Below the pieces are notes generated by a model. The model ran no database searches. It saw only the letters and a list, made by a program, of their open reading frames with translations, and was not told the DNA's origin. Below are positions 63,925-64,000 of a DNA stretch of 64,000 bases, one piece after another. How positions within the stretch are numbered: position 1 is the first letter of the stretch; every line of letters starts with the position of its first letter. The stretch lies in contig JAFZIV010000061.1 of NCBI GenBank assembly GCA_017554235.1, positions 15,984 to 79,983 of the forward strand, written 5' to 3'. This stretch comes from Selenomonadaceae bacterium (lineage in GTDB: Bacteria; Bacillota; Negativicutes; Selenomonadales; Selenomonadaceae). Position numbers and translations under genes: made by a program.

Positions 63925-64000
63925 TTACACAAAAAGTTCACCGACCGACTTGCCGCGCAGATTTGCGACAACTTCGGCACGTTTTAACATTTTCAAACCT
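63925..64000 (-). CDS. rpsE: 30S ribosomal protein S5, C-terminal end (partial, continues beyond window)
   Basis: The minus strand translates to ...GLKMLKRAEVVANLRGKSVGELFV*, a typical S5 C-terminus. It lies directly upstream of rpmD. Confidence 0.8.
   Translation of the reverse strand, partial: GLKMLKRAEVVANLRGKSVGELFV

Noticed and set aside
1-64000. Looked for tRNA, rRNA and tmRNA genes in all intergenic gaps.
   Set aside because: No T-arm (GTTCGAATC-like) or acceptor-stem patterns, and no rRNA-like conserved stretches, were seen. All gaps are short and AT-rich or are occupied by the repeat families.

Overview
This 64-kb chromosomal window is AT-rich (roughly 40% GC by eye). It mixes Firmicutes-type markers (GlgC/GlgD pair, FabK, a 4-domain S1 next to IspH) with outer-membrane functions: an lptC / lptA-like / lptB / lptF-G operon and a secretin-containing Tad pilus locus. 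That suggests a diderm Firmicute-like lineage, but the taxon cannot be fixed from sequence alone.

Layout:
- 1-9.4 kb: small hypothetical genes, rfbD, the lpt operon (minus strand), a PTS EIIBC gene and a DUF192 gene.
- 9.4-23.3 kb: a Tad/Flp pilus operon (cpaB, cpaC, two tadZ/cpaE paralogs, tadB, flp, tadE, cpaF, a GGDEF cyclase, tadC, a tadG-like gene).
- 23.5-40.1 kb: a glycogen cluster (glgC, glgD, glgP, glgB, glgA), then three paralogous GT-A glycosyltransferases and a GH13-GH77 fusion.
- 40.2-41.0 kb: a YoeB toxin module.
- 41-52.7 kb: DUF4127, ilvD, pepD, rfbA, an ABC-F gene, rpsA, ispH.
- 52.9-64 kb: rnc, a fab cluster, and the 3' end of the ribosomal-protein/secY/adk/rpoA operon (all minus strand).

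Most notable signals:
1. An intact IscB (OMEGA-type RNA-guided nuclease: PLMP domain, split RuvC, HNH) with a roughly 250-nt structured upstream RNA. It is wedged inside the Tad operon, has no TnpA, and its stop codon overlaps the next gene's start.
2. Several families of intercistronic hairpin repeats whose arms are tandem 7-8-nt units, each unit carrying a stop triplet. They often start at the upstream gene's stop codon and end a few nt before the downstream Shine-Dalgarno sequence.
3. A triplicated GT-A protein with a shared uncharacterised C-terminal domain, embedded in the glycogen cluster.
4. An abrupt block of atypical synonymous codon usage with intragenic boundaries, spanning the glgC 3' end, glgD and most of glgP.
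5. An elongated repeat-containing LptA, an L30 with a 100-aa repeat tail, and an A9 tract splitting a hypothetical gene.

Many true starts are TTG or GTG behind strong GGAGG sites, so several ORF-track starts were trimmed. No rRNA, tRNA or CRISPR array was seen.
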